Source: Mobula hypostoma (Eukaryota). From it: DNA of 64,000 nt. The translations under genes and the position numbers were made by a program. A model generated the notes under the pieces. The model ran no database searches. It was not told the origin of the DNA and worked only from the letters and a program-made list of their open reading frames with translations. The stretch is taken from positions 46,688,001 through 46,752,000 of the forward strand of contig NC_086108.1 of assembly GCF_963921235.1 (NCBI RefSeq). Direction: 5' to 3'. Shown here piece by piece: positions 24,864 to 38,250 of this stretch (within the stretch, counting starts at the first letter, position 1; each line of letters opens with the position of its first letter).

Positions 24864-26249
24864 CTGTGATATAGATAGAAGTAGGACAGAGTAAATATAA
24901 TACAGCAATCTCATCAGTTGGTACAGGATAAACATATTAAACACACCATCACTGAAAAAATAAATAATCATCACCAACATTAATTTAAATAAATCAATTC
25001 AAGTTGACAACATGATATTAAGTAGTTTCCTCTGTGCAACATCTGCAAATCAAAAAACAACCATGTATGTCAAAGCTGCAATAATTGTTTCCACTGCAGT
25101 AAATTCTCTGAAAGATTCTCCAGTTTGCTGCTTGCTGTGGTGCCTTTTGTTTCAGAATGTCCTAAAAGCATTTAAAAGTATGAGGAGGAGGAGGAGTAAT
25201 TATGACCGGATAGGCCCTTGGGCCTGCTCTGCCTTTCAGCGAATGCACAGCTGAACTTTGCACAAACTTCTCTTTCCTGACTTATGCCAATATGCCTTCA
25301 TTTTATCAATGCCTTCTCTGGGATGATCCTTCCTTTCTCTCTTGATACTGGTAGGTAGCTTACATGGATTTTTTTTAACACCAAAGAATTGAATATATTT
25401 GGAGAGCTTATCTTTATTTTTGATTAAATGTTGCTGAATACTTGCGTTTACTTGATCATTATACTGGTAAAAGCAATGAATAGTACCAACAGAAAACGGC
25501 AAGATTACATCAGATATCCTGTTCAAGTTGAGTTATTCTAATACAGCTGAAGAACATATTTTCTTTGGTGAAGCCGTGTCATATTGTACTCTCACTATAG
25601 GTTTATAATAATTACAGCAAAGCCTTCTTATTCTTCCATTCCAAATTCCTTTTAATAAATATTAACATACATTTGTCTTTTTTTAAGTAATTTGAGTACA
25701 CGGACATCCAAATCTCCCTGAGTACCAAAATTTACTCATGTACAGATTAAAAAGCATTGACCCGAAACGTTTTGTCCTCCCTCCAGAGAAGCTGCCTGAT
25801 CTGCTGAGTGTCCCCAGATTCTTCTCTTCCTATTTCAGATTTCCAGCATCTGCGGTTTGTTGTTTCATCTACCAGACATTCAGGTACTTATTTTCCATTT
25901 TCCTTCTAAAATGGCCAATTTCACACACACTCGCATTAGATTTTATATGCCTCCAATTTGCACCACCATTTAACCACTTTTTAATCTCCTTGTTGTCTAT
26001 TTTATTCTTGGTATTTACTTTTCTACAAAGCTTTGTATGAGCAACATGTGGAAATATACATTGCACATAACCACCTTAACCAAGTCAAATTGAAAAAGAT
26101 TGTAAGTCACGCACTGACCCTTGCCAATACAAACAGCTTTCACCCTGAAAATGATCCATCCATTTTCTTCTAAACTTGACCTGGCCAGAGTACAGGCCTA
26201 GGCAGTTTAATTTTTCCTCATATGGTAAACCCACCATCCTTTTTTTGGG

Positions 26250-26640
26250 ATTTCCCTTAATTGCATTTGGCCAATAACCCCCTAAACCCTTCCTATCCAT
26301 GTACCTGTCCAAGTATATTTTAAATATCGCAATTGTACCCGTATCTACCACTTCCCCCTGCCAGCTCATCCAATTTTCTCACCACTTTTTGTGTGACAAA
26401 TCTTGCCCCTTAGGTTCCCTTCAAATCTTTCCCCTCTCACCTTAAACCTTTGCTCCCTCCCATCAGACTCTATCTACCCTCGCAAGAAATTGACGATACA
26501 ACATATCTATGTACGTCATGATTTTATAAACCTCACCTTCTTTGGTCTAGGGAAAAGAGCACCTGCCTATCTAGTCTCACCATATAATTTAAGCCTTTCA
26601 GTGCCAGCAACATCCTTGTGAATCTTTTTTTAACCTCTCC
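26250..26640 (-). mobile_element. CR1 LINE 3' fragment
   Basis: EVVDTGTIAIFKIYLDRYMDRKGL motif. Confidence 0.7.
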
Positions 26641-26971
26641 AGTTTAATTACATCCTCACCAACTTCTTGGAAGCTGCAAGTGACATCCCAATTGTTTAAA
26701 AAAATCATGAAATGTCCATAAAATTAAAGAAGGTCATATTCCCAACATACAGTGCCATACAAAAGTTTGGGCACCCCTGGTCAAAATTTCTGTTACTCTG
26801 AATAGTTAAGTGAGTAGAAGATGAATTGATCTCCAAAAGTCATAAAGTTAAAGATGAAACATTCTTTCAACATTTTAAGCAAGATTAGTGTATTATTTTT
26901 GTTTTGTACAATCTTAGAGTGAAAAAAAGGAAAGGGGCACCATGCAAAAGTTTGGGCACCCCAAGAGATTT

Positions 26972-29900
26972 TTTTTTAATTAATTTATTTTTATTGAAGG
27001 AATGACACAATACAGAATATATAATGGATTACATTTTCCTGCATTTTGCTTTAGTATCGTACCCCCAAAACAAACCTCCCCCCACCCGCCCTCCCAGAAT
27101 ATATCATGGCAGCTAATATATTTACAACACAACAATTCACAAATACAAGTACGGACATTTCACAACCATACCCCCACACTACTTCAAGATGACGGCTCAC
27201 ACACATCTGCAACATGTCAGATGATCCAAAATACACTCATATTTACAATTCATCAACCACCCTGTGAGGTAAATTATAAGCGTGTTAAATGGGAGGCAAC
27301 TTCCTAAGTACAATCAAATGCCCTCAACTAGTAGGTAATTCCTTAAGACTCCCAAAATATGATAAGAAAGGTCCTGATTTCGAATAGAACTTTTTTACAG
27401 ACCCCCTCAAAGTGAATTTAATCTTTTCTAATTTCAGAAAAAACATTACATCTTCTAACCAAGCAGCAGTAGTTGGGGGAGTGGCAGATTTCCAAACCAG
27501 CAAAATTCTCCTACGGGCCAATAGCAATGTAAATGCAATGATATCCGACTGGCTTGCATTTAAACCCAAATCATCATCTGCCACACCAAATACAGCTATA
27601 AGCGGGCAAGGTCTCAGTGTCACCCCCAAAACCTCACTGATAATTTTAAAAACCAGTGCCCAATAGTCATCAAGCCGAGGGCATGACCAAAATGCATGTA
27701 CTAAACCAGCCAGAGAGAAGGAACATCTGTCACAGCCAGCGTCTGTCCCAGGGTATATGTCTGCAAGTCTGGCTTTACTTAAATGTATCCTGTGTAAAAC
27801 TTTAAATTGCATGAGCCCCAGTCTAGCACACGATGATGAGAAATGAACCCTATTCAATACTTTTGCCCAATATTCCTCAGCCAGATCCATACCGAGGTTG
27901 TCCTCTCACCTTCTCTCAGTTTTGTTTAGATCTTGAACTCCCAAAGACATCAGCTGAGAGTATAGTTCAGAGATCAGCCCCTTATTGTTAAAGCTAAGAG
28001 TGAATTTTTCCCGTAACATAGCAGGTGGTAGAACAGGAAAAGAGGGAAATTTTTCCTTGACAAAATGGCGAATCTGAAGGTATTTTAAAAAATGATTATG
28101 CGGAAGGCCATACTTACCGCGCAGGTTATCAAAACTATCAAATATTTTATCAGTATACAAATCCTTAATGCGCATAAGACCATTCAAACCCCATTGTCTG
28201 AAAGCTGAATCGAATGTAGAGGGAGGAAATAAATGGTTTTTATGAATGGGGCCCAAAACTGAAGCTGATATGAACTTATAGTGGCAGCGAAATTGATTAA
28301 AAATTTTGAGGGTGGAGAGCACGACCGGGTTAGATGTGAATTGAGAGGATTTCAATGGTAAGGAAGAATACACCAAAGCTGGGAGAGACGAGGAGTGGCA
28401 AGACCGTGACTCAAGCAGGCACCAGATTATATCTGGCCGGTGAAGCCAAAATAATACTTTTTGAATGTTCGATGCCCAGTAATAATGAATAAAGCTGGCA
28501 AGACCCATTCCACCTTTGTCACGACCTCTTTGGAGAGTGTGCTTATTAACCCTTGGGACCTTATTTTCCCAAATAAAAGAGGTTATAGCTTGGTCGACTG
28601 ATTTTAAAAATAACTTTGATAAGAAAACTGGCAAACACTGAAACAGATAGAGAAATTTAGGAAGTACAGTCATTTTCACTGACTGAATTCTCCCAGCTAT
28701 AGTAAGGGGTAAACTGCGCCATCTCTCGAAATCAGCCTTCATTTGGCTAACCTGAGGCCTGTAGTTAGCTTCAAACAGAGATGTAAAAGAGCGAGTAATA
28801 TGTATTCCTAGGTATACAAAACCACCTTGAGATAAAGGAAAAGGCAAGGATTGCTGTTGGATCTGTAGGGCCAAGTTATTAATGGGAAAGCATTTGCTTT
28901 TTTGAAAGTTCAGTTTATAGCCAGAGAAGGCTCCAAATTGACCTAATAATGACACAATAGCAGGACTACTACCTACAGGGTTGCTAACATAAAGTAAGAG
29001 GTCATCAGCATATAGGGAAACACGGTGTTCCATGTCCCCTCTTCTAACACCTTGAAATAATGTAGTTGGCTTAAGTGCAATAGAAAGAGGCTCAATTGCA
29101 GTTGCAAAAAGAAGAGGGGACAATGGGCCCACAATGGGTGAGTGCCACGTGTTAATGGGAAATAGTCAGATCGAAAATAATTTGTCTGTATGCATGCTAA
29201 AGGCAGAATGGTATAATAGCTTAACCCAAGCTATAAATATTCTGCCAAATCCAATTTTCTCCAAAACACTAAACAAGTACACCCATTCCACTCTATCAAA
29301 CGCCTTCTCCGCGTCCAAGGAGATAACAACCTCTGGACTTGGAGAATCACTGGGTGAATAAACTGCATCAGCCAGTTGACAGATATTAAAAAAAGAATAG
29401 CGATTTTTAATAAAACCTGTTTGATCATCTGAAATTATCTTGGGAAGGGGACGTTCTAAACGAAATGCAAGCACTTCAGCCAAAATTTTCACATCTACAT
29501 TCAAAAGTGAGATGGGGCGATATGATCCACATTGAGCCGGGTCCTTGTCCTTTTTAAGAAGTAGTGAAATAGTTGCCTGTGAAAGAGAAGCGGGTAAGGA
29601 GCCGTTCTCCAAAGATTCCTGAAACACTTCTAGAAGGACTGGTATGAGCTTATCCTTAAATTTCTTATAAAATTCTATTGAATAACCATCAGGACCTGGG
29701 GACTTACCACTCTGCGTAGCCATAATGGCATTATTAATCTCTTCCTGCCCAAGAGCCTGATCTAGGTTCTCCACCTCCTCTGGTTCAAGAGTTGGTATTT
29801 CCAAGTTATCTAAAAAACATTCCATATTTGTTTTATCTGAGGGGAACTCTGAGGCATACAGAGAGGAATAAAAAGTTGCAAAGATGTTATTAATCTCTTT

Positions 29901-31242
29901 TGCATTGCTTGTCAAGTTCTGGTGCATGTCTCTTATCTGGGGAATAAGTCATGATGCAGCTTGACGTTTCAACTGATGAGCCATAAGCCGGCTCGCCTTG
30001 TCACCATATTCATAATAGAGGCCACGTGTCTTAAGAATTAATTGTTCTGATAGGTTTGTAGATAGAAGATTAAACTTTGCTTGCAAATCAACCCAGCTTT
30101 TATATAATTCCACAGTGGGTGCCTCAGAGTATTTTCTATCCAGGTCCAAAATAGATTGCAATAACACTTGCATTTCCTTCCTACGCTCTTTATTGGCATG
30201 TGAAGTATAAGATATTATTTGACCCCTCAAGTAAGCTTTTAAAGTTTCCCAAAGTAAAGAGTACGATACCGGCTCAGTTTTGTTAGTCTCGAAGAATGTG
30301 TCAATGTTAGCCGATATATAACTACGAAATTTCTCATTAGAAAGCAAAAGGGGGTTAAGTCTCCACAGAGGCCGTTCTCTAACGTTTAAAGGAAAACATA
30401 GGTCCAGTTTCATGGGCGAGTGATCAGATATAACTATAGCAGTGTATTCAATTTGTCTAATCATTGGTATCAAGGAGTTATCTGTAAAGAAATAGTCTAG
30501 CTTGGAATAGGAGTGGTGAACATGAGAGAAGAAAGGGAATTGCCTAACTGATGGATTCAAAAATCTCCAAGGATCCATATAACCATTTTGTTGCATAAAC
30601 ATCGAGAAGGCCTTTGCCATACCAGAAAATGTTCCCCTTCCAAGTTTTCAGGAATGCCGACCACTTTCAAATTGGATCTCCGCGACCAATTTTCGAGGTC
30701 ATTAAGCTTTCCCTTCAGAAATGCGTTTTCGCACTGCAACGCTGCAATGGCGGCTTCGGCACTCACCGGTTGGTCACTGTAATCATTCAGGCCATCTTCA
30801 ACCCCACGAATGCGTTTGTCGTGTGACTCGTAAGCAGACATAATTTGTTCCATGGTAGCATTCACTGCTGATAAAGCATCTTCAAGTTCCCTTTTAGGGC
30901 AGAATGCACCACTTGCGTCATGTCAGAAATAAGTACTAAACGAAGCCTCTCCAAGTCATTGGGTAGCGTAGGTCTGGGTCCAGCTCCAGCAGCATGCAAT
31001 GGCACCATTACTGTAACATCCGCCTTCTTGCTCGAGGCTTCTCTATCTTTTTCCCCAGTTTTACTTCAAAGGTACATTCTACTTGCCACTTCAATGTCCA
31101 GCTATGTCCCGCGTTGTTCACAATGGTAAATATTCAGTTATCTCGAGCATACGGCAAAGATAAACAGGTAGATTTTCAATAAAAAGCGGGAGCCACACTC
31201 ACACGCACCAACTCACTCCATACTCAACCCCGGAAGTCCTTC
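26972..31242 (-). mobile_element. L1 LINE with 5' UTR, partial ORF1, internal ORF1-endonuclease deletion, frameshifted ORF2 and poly(A); 15-bp TSD
   Basis: ORF1 LENWSRRSNLKVVGIPE; ORF2 SDHSP, KSPGPDGY, YRPISLLN, SLDAEKAFDRVEW, LYADDLL, CDRC..HAFWSC. TSD caccccaagagattt at 26957-26971 and 31243-31257. Confidence 0.95.
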
Positions 31243-31413
31243 CACCCCAAGAGATTTAAGCTCTCAGATAACTTTACCAAGGTCTCAGACCTTCATTAGC
31301 TTGTTAGGGCTATGGCTTGTTCACAGCCATCGTTAGGAAAGGCCAAGTGATGCAAATTTCAAAGCTTTATAAATACCCTGACTCCTCAAACCTTGTCCCA
31401 ACAATCAGCAGCC

Positions 31414-32436
31414 ATGGGCTCCTCTAAGCAGCTGCCTAGCACTCTGAAAATTAAATAATTGATGCTCACAAAGCAGGAGAAGGCTATAAGAAGATAGCAA
31501 AGTGTTTTCAGGTGGCCGTTTCCTCAGTTCGTAATGTAACTAAGAAATGGCAGTTAACAGGAATGGTGGAGGTCAAACTGAAGTCTGGAAGGCCAAGAAA
31601 ACTTTCCGAGAGAACTGCTAGTAGGATTGCTAGAAAGGCAAATCAAAACCCCTGTTTGACTGCAAAAGACCTTCAGGAAGATTTAGCAGATTCTGGGGTG
31701 GTGGTGCACTGTTCTACTGTGCAGCGACATCTGCACAAATATGACCTTCATGGAAGAGTCATCAGAAGAAAACCTTTCCTGCGTCCTCACCACAAAATTC
31801 AGCATCAGGAATTTGCAAAGGAACATCTAAACAAGCCTGTTGTATTTTGGAAACAAGTCCTGTGGACTGATGAAGTTAAAATAGAACTTATTGGCCGCAA
31901 TGAACAAAGGTATGTTTGGAGAAAAAAAGAGTACAGAATTTCATGAAAAGAACACCTCTCCAACTGTTAAGCACGGGGGTGAATCGATCATGCTTTGGGC
32001 TTGTGTTGCAGCCAGTGGCAGGGTGAACATTTCACTGGTAGAGGGAAGAATGAATTCAATTAAATACCAGCAAGTTCTGGAAGCAAACATCACACCGTCT
32101 ATAAAAAAGATGAAGATGAAAAGAGGATGGCTTCTACAACAGGATAATAATCCTAAACACACCTCAAAATCCACAATGCACTACCTCAAGAGGCACAAGC
32201 TGAAGGTTTTGCCATGGCCCTCACAGTCCCCCAACCTAAACATCATTGAAAATCTGTGGATAGACCTCAAAAGAGCAGTGCATGCAAGACGGCCCAAGAA
32301 TCTCACAGAACTAGAAGACTTTTGCAAGGAAGAATGGGTGAAAATCCCCCAAACAAGAATTGAAAGCCTCTTAGCTGGCTACAGAAAGCGCTTACAAGCT
32401 GTGATACTTGCCAAAGGGTGTGTTACTAAGTACTGA
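31414..32436 (+). pseudogene. Tc1 DD34E transposase with two 1-nt frameshifts (~31455 and ~31928)
   Basis: ATG at 31414, GRPRK, WTDE, QQDN-(34 aa)-E in PSQSPNLNIIENLW, C-terminal AVILAKGCVTKY*. Confidence 0.9.
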
Positions 32437-33574
32437 CCATGCAGGGTGCCCAAACTTTTGCCTTGGGCCCTTTTCCTTTTTTGTTATTTTGAAACTGTAA
32501 AAGATGGAAATAAAAAAGTAATCTTGCTTAAAATATTAAGGAAATGTGTCATCTTTAACTTTATGCCTTTTGGAAACCAGGTCATTTTTTACTCGCTTAG
32601 CTATTCACAGTAACAGGAATTTTGACCAGGGGTGCCCAAACTTTTGCATGCCACTGTAAATCAAACTGGATCACAAGAAATTTGACATTTCCATTAATTA
32701 TGGTAGAATGCTGATGGCAATCACTCAACCTAGGGAAGCTATGTCAAGGTTGATGCAAACGCTATTGAAAGTCATCAGAAAATCCATTTGAACCAGAAAA
32801 CAGAGTACACTCCAACCTCTCAAAACCGTGAGAGTTGTTGCACAAATATCAGAGTCTTCTCCCACACTGTAGCAAAAGCCTCTGTCTGACCAACTTTGTC
32901 ACATCCGTCCCTTCAGCTGTAAGAATTAGATAGCCTGCTAAGACCATACAAGAAGTAAGATGACAAACCTATCCATTTAGACATATAAAATATGGCTCAG
33001 ACTTTCAGGCCTGCTCTACCATTCACGGATAACCTGAATGTAATCTCAGCACCACAATACTATCTATGAATGTTAACTTCCTTGAGTCCTGATAAAAGGT
33101 CTCAGCCTGACAATTCGACTCCTTAGATACTGCTTCACCTGCTGAGTCCCTCCAGCCTTTTGTGTTGGTTGCTCTGGATTCCCAGCATCTGCAGAATCTC
33201 TTGTGTTTATACTTTCACTTCCTTGCTTTTCATGAATCTATCCAACCCTGCCCCAAAAAATATGCAGAGGTTCCGCTTCACTGTCCTCTGAGGGAATGAG
33301 TTCTAAAGACATGAACATCCCAAAGGAAGATTTTTATCTCAACCCTGTGTTAAATCAGCAACACAGTGCAATTTGCCTATTACCGAAATTGGTGTACAGC
33401 GGGTACCTTCTCCCTGGCTCCACGCTCATCTCCGGAGCATCTGCAGACTACTGTTTATTGACTACAGCTTTGCCTTCAATACTATAATTTCAAGCTAACT
33501 TATCTCCAAACTCTGAACCCTGAGAGTCACAGCTTTCCCCTGCAACTGAATCCTTAATTTCCTGACCAACAGAG

Positions 33575-34160
33575 CATAATCAGTAGGTTTAGGCAGCGAC
33601 AGCTCCGCCATGATTATTCTCAACACTGGTGCTCCACAACGATGCATCCTTAGATCCCTACTCTACTCCCTGTACACTCGTGACTTTGGCCAGAGTCTGT
33701 TCTATCTCCATCTACAAGTTTGCAGATGACACCACCATTGTAGGCTATACCTCAAATAACGATGAGTCAGAGTAGAGGAAGGAGATAGAGAGCTCAGTAG
33801 TGTGGTTTCATGATAACAACGACTCCCTCAATGTCAATAAAACAAAAGAACTAGTCATTGACGTCAGGAAAGGAGACAGTGTGCATGGCCCTATCTAAAT
33901 CAATGGATTTGAGGTTAAGAGGGTTGAAAGCTTCACATTCCTAGGATTGAACATGACCAATATCCTGTCCTGGTCAAACGACGTAAATGCCATAGACAAG
34001 AAAACTTATTAACACATCCATTTCCTCAGGAGGATAAAGAAATTTGGCAAGTCCCTGTTTTCCTCGATGCTCCGTGTAGTGATTTGATCTGCATGAACAG
34101 TATGTAAGACGAGCTTTTCACCGTATCTTGGTACATGTGACAATACTAAATTAATACAAT
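33575..34160 (+). mobile_element. Rex1/Babar-type LINE fragment
   Basis: LNTGAPQRCIL.PLLYSLYT, KFADDTTIVG and LNVNKTKELVIDVRK motifs. Confidence 0.8.
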
Positions 34161-34640
34161 AAAACTCTAAGTCCTAGATTCTCCCACAAAAGGAAATATC
34201 TTCTCTATATCCACCCTTTTAAGACTGTCAGGATCTTACTGTTTATGTTTCTATCAAGTCACTTTACACTCTTCTAAACTTTCTTTGCATTGCCTCTGAC
34301 ATTTTTATTCAAATGAGACCAGCAATGAGCATTTCTCCAGATGTGGTCTCACTAGTGTCTCATATAGCTGAAGCATAACATCCTTATATTTATATTCAAT
34401 TCCTTTTGCAACAAATAACAAGATTATGATAGCCTTCCACTTTATTGCTGTATCATTCATTCGTGCATGATAATTGTTTTGTTATTCATTATTCAACTAT
34501 GTATGATTCTTTCCTTAACTTTTCAGCTGAGACATGACAAAATCAATATAAAGAAAATGTTTATGTGAGATTAACATATAATATAGAGATGTAAAATTCA
34601 AAGCAATTATTCTATGTCCTCCTGGGACTTCCAAACTTAC

Positions 34641-34673
34641 TTCAGCTTCCGCTTCCTCAATGATTTTCAAGTT
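34641..34673 (-). CDS. AXDND1: Putative AXDND1 microexon (33 bp): NLKIIEEAEAE
   Basis: cttcctgtgttgcag| acceptor, |gtaagt donor, phase 0-0; paralogous to 24834-24863. Confidence 0.6.
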
Positions 34674-34959
34674 CTGCAACACAGGAAGTGAGGGAAGTTA
34701 ATAAGATTATCTGGTGGAAGATTAAAGAAAAAACAACATGCATTACTACAAAGAAAAGAAACAATAATTACCAATACCTTTACACAAACTCTAAGTTAGT
34801 GGCTTATCTCCCTAACACCTTAATTTTCTTAATGACATCCCTGGAATGAACTTATATTGGAAGAGGAAATGAATAATAACCATACGAAATAACCATATGA
34901 AATCCATTACTCAGTTCACTTTGACTTATTCAAATGGAACCAAATGATTATTCTTTGAC

Positions 34960-35501
34960 TGGTCACTTTATGCAGTACACCTGCTCATTAATGCAAACAT
35001 CTTATCAGCCAAACACGTGGCAGCAACATGATGCATAAGAGCACGCAGACGTGGTCAAGAGACCGAACATCAGAATGGGGGAGAAATGTAATCTAAATGA
35101 CTTTGACTCTGCAATGATTGTTGGTGCCAGACTGGGTGGTTTAAGTATCTCAGAAACTGCTAATCTCTTGGGATTTTCAAGCACAACAGTCTCTAGAGTT
35201 TACAGAGAATGGTATGAAAAACAAAAAGTATCCAGTGAGTGGCAGTTCTGTGGGTGAAAATGCCTTGTTAATGAGAGAGGTCAGAGAAGAATGGTTCAAG
35301 CCAATAGGAAGGCGATCATAACTCAAATGACCATGCATTACAACAGAGGTGTGGAGAAGAGAACCTCTGATGTACAACACATTGAATCTTGAAATGGAAG
35401 GGCCACTTCAAGCAGCAGTAGATCATGAACATACAGAAATACACTCAGTGGCCACTTTATTAGGTACCTCCTTGTATCTAATAAAGTGGCCACTGAGTGT
35501 A
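34960..35501 (+). mobile_element. Tc1-like remnant (N-terminal HTH) ending in a 62-bp TIR-only palindrome (35440-35501)
   Basis: MGEKCNLNDFDSAMIVGARLGGLSISETANLLGFSSTTVSRVYREW; TA cactcagtggccactttattaggtac..gtatctaataaagtggccactgagtg TA. Confidence 0.75.
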
Positions 35502-37689
35502 TGTTTCATGTACAGATTTCGCTCTATGGACTTTTGTATAATATCCTCAAAGAGCTCAAGCAAATTTGGCAAAAAAATTCCTAAGCTTAGGGAGTCTCAG
35601 GTTTGGGAAAATCACAGTGAGCTTTTGCGAAATTCTTGATGAACAGAAGGATCAACTACTGTAAGGTGAAAGCACAATTGAGGGAAAAAAGTAGATGTGG
35701 GCATTGTAGATTAAAGAATCAGGATATGGAAATCTGCAAGTCCACACTTCCAAATGATTGTGAAGAATGCTCTGTGATTCCACCAAAGACTTGCCTGTAA
35801 CAATAAACAGAATGCTGGAAGAATTCAGTGGAGACAAAAGGTGTAAGGTACTTTTGCATCAAGCCCCAGCATGAGGACAAAGAGAACAAGTATCAAGGAA
35901 GAGACCGGTAGGTGATGGGTCAAATCAGATGGGGAAGGGATGATGACTAGATAAAATATGGTAAGGGGAGGGATGGGAAATAATAAATTGAAAAGAAAAT
36001 AAGGTGGACAGAAGAATGAGAATAGGAGAGTGAACTGGGTGTGTGTTACCCAAACCTGAAAAATTAAATGTTTGTACCACTGAGTTATATCATAAGCTAT
36101 CCAAACTCAATATAAACTGTTGTTCTTCCTATTTGCATTTGGCCACTTTAACAAAAATGGTTGAGCATAGACAGATCAGAGCAGAATTGGGATCATCATC
36201 ATTTTGTGGCGTGCTGTAAGACATGGGCGATCGTAGTTTTTCCATGTCCATGACTGCTCTTGGCAAATTTTTCTACGGAAGTGGTTTGCCATTGCCTTCT
36301 CGTGGGCAGTGCCTTTACAAGGTGAATGACACCAGCTATTATCAACACTCTTCAGAGATTGCCTGCCTGGCATCAGTGGTCACATAACTGGGACTTGTGA
36401 TAAGCACCAGCTGCTCATATGACCATCCACCACCTGATCCCATGGCTTCACATGACCCTGAATTGGGGTGCTAAACTTTCCCTCAGGGTGACCTGCAGGC
36501 TAGCAGAGGGAAGGAACACCTTACACCTCCTTTGGTAGAGATGTATCACCACACCACCACCCATGCAGGAGTGGGAAGGTGAGTTAAAATGACATGGAAA
36601 CAGAAGATTGAGTTGGCTGTTGTAGATAATGTGCAAGTGCTCTGGAAAAGGCCAGCATATCATTGGTAGTGCAGCTCATTAGTATGTCTTCCTGTAAACA
36701 TTGTGCATTTCATGAACCAGCACACAGATTGCTACATAGTCTATCTTGCTGATCTACGTATATCCCTTTTCACATTTTGCAATTTCCTCACATACTGCTT
36801 TCTGTAGATAGTTTTGTATTGTCAACACATTTGGAAATGTAACATCGTGCCTTTCCATTTAATATGAACTACAGTTTGCTGATCCTTTAGCACTGAGCTG
36901 ACAAGAACACCAAGTAGAGGTCCTAAGTTGGTCATGGTTGACAATGAATGTTGCATCCTAGCTTTATATGCAAGCCAGGGCAGTGTGATATGGAGATCAA
37001 GCTGTTACCCATGCAGCAGGTTCCCTCTCTCCATGCAGCTGATGAATCCAAAGTAGTGGCAGAGGCCAAACCAGAGGGTCACAGGAGTTGCCAGTCAGTG
37101 TTGAGCTCAACATAGGACTGCCTTCGGGACTCCAGCTGTGGAATTTTCCTCGAGGTTTACTTCCGAAGTCTTCCCCATGAATGAATGTAGCTGCAAAGCA
37201 GCAGAGGTTTGATATCAGAGATTTCCTTCTTCTAGATGAGCTGCCAACCATGTCTGATGAACCCCATCGGCCTGAAATGACGGGTTTTAAGATACCAATA
37301 ACTCACCTTTGCCCCTTCTCTTGTCGGTAAAAATGGTTCCACTGGCTTAGTTTCTAAGCCACACTTGAATGCCAAGAGCTGGACTTGTTGTCGGAGGCTA
37401 TTTGAGACACACGCCATTGGGAACTTTTAATAGGTAGTGGGAGCTTATCCCCATTACCACCTTGCACAGCAATGACAACTTCAAGGAACCAAGAACACCC
37501 TGCCAACCTGAGAAAAGTATATTTCTACTCCTGTTCTTTGTCCTTTATCCATTCCTATCATTTTAGTTTTCGAACCTTTTTCCTTTTTTTTGTAGTATTT
37601 TCTTGTTAATTTTTTCACCAAAAGCCAATAAAATAAAGCTCTCTGTACTTTCCTGTCACACTCACACTCTGTTATTATTATGTAAATTC

Positions 37690-38250
37690 AGCCAATACCC
37701 GCCAAAAGAACATCTGCAGGCATCCTGACCTCTGCAAGGGACTGGCAGCTGTTGCTGGACCTCAAACGGCAGCTGAAGTTCCCCAAAAATATCGCAGCCA
37801 CCACCCTACGACCAGACATTGTCCTTGTGTCTGAGTCTACTCTGCTGGAGCTGACAGTCCCTTTGACCGGAAGCTCTCCAAGTATGCAGGACTGGTCAGC
37901 AATTGTCAACAGGCCGGATGGAGAATGAGGTGTCTCCCAGTGGAGGTTGGTTGTAGGGGATTTGCAGCCCGTTCCTTAGCAAGAGCCTTCAGCAATTTGG
38001 GCATCGAGGGAGAGAGGAAGAGGAGAGCCATCCGCAGTACCACCGATGCCGCAGAGAGGGCCTCAAGATGGCTGTGGCCCAAAAGAGGGGAGCTATGGAG
38101 TCATAATTAGCTAGCCATCTGGATACAAGCTGGGGTCCGATCAGCCTCGGCTGGGTCACCTGGAGGAGGTTGTATGATATTGAAAGACCCGAAACACCCG
38201 ATGATTCCAGGAACATCACTGAAGATGTGTCCTGAAGCATCAGTAGATGT
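37690..38250 (+). mobile_element. HERO-like (restriction-like endonuclease) non-LTR retrotransposon 3' end
   Basis: TSARDWQLLLDLKRQLKFP..IAATTLRPDIVLVSES..LLELTVP, then PVEVGCRGFAARSL..AERASRWLW. Confidence 0.75.

Larger units (their letters stand above)
26750..32656 (+). mobile_element. Tc1-like DNA transposon with IR/DR termini (~210 bp) and TA TSD, interrupted by an L1
   Basis: TA|cagtgccatacaaaagtttgggcaccc ... gggtgcccaaacttttgcatgccactg|TA; inner direct repeats at ~26941 and ~32444. Confidence 0.95.

Noticed and set aside
37250..37285. ctgatga...gaaa hammerhead-like string in a different repeat
   Set aside because: No convincing stem II pairing or NUH site with a matching stem I.
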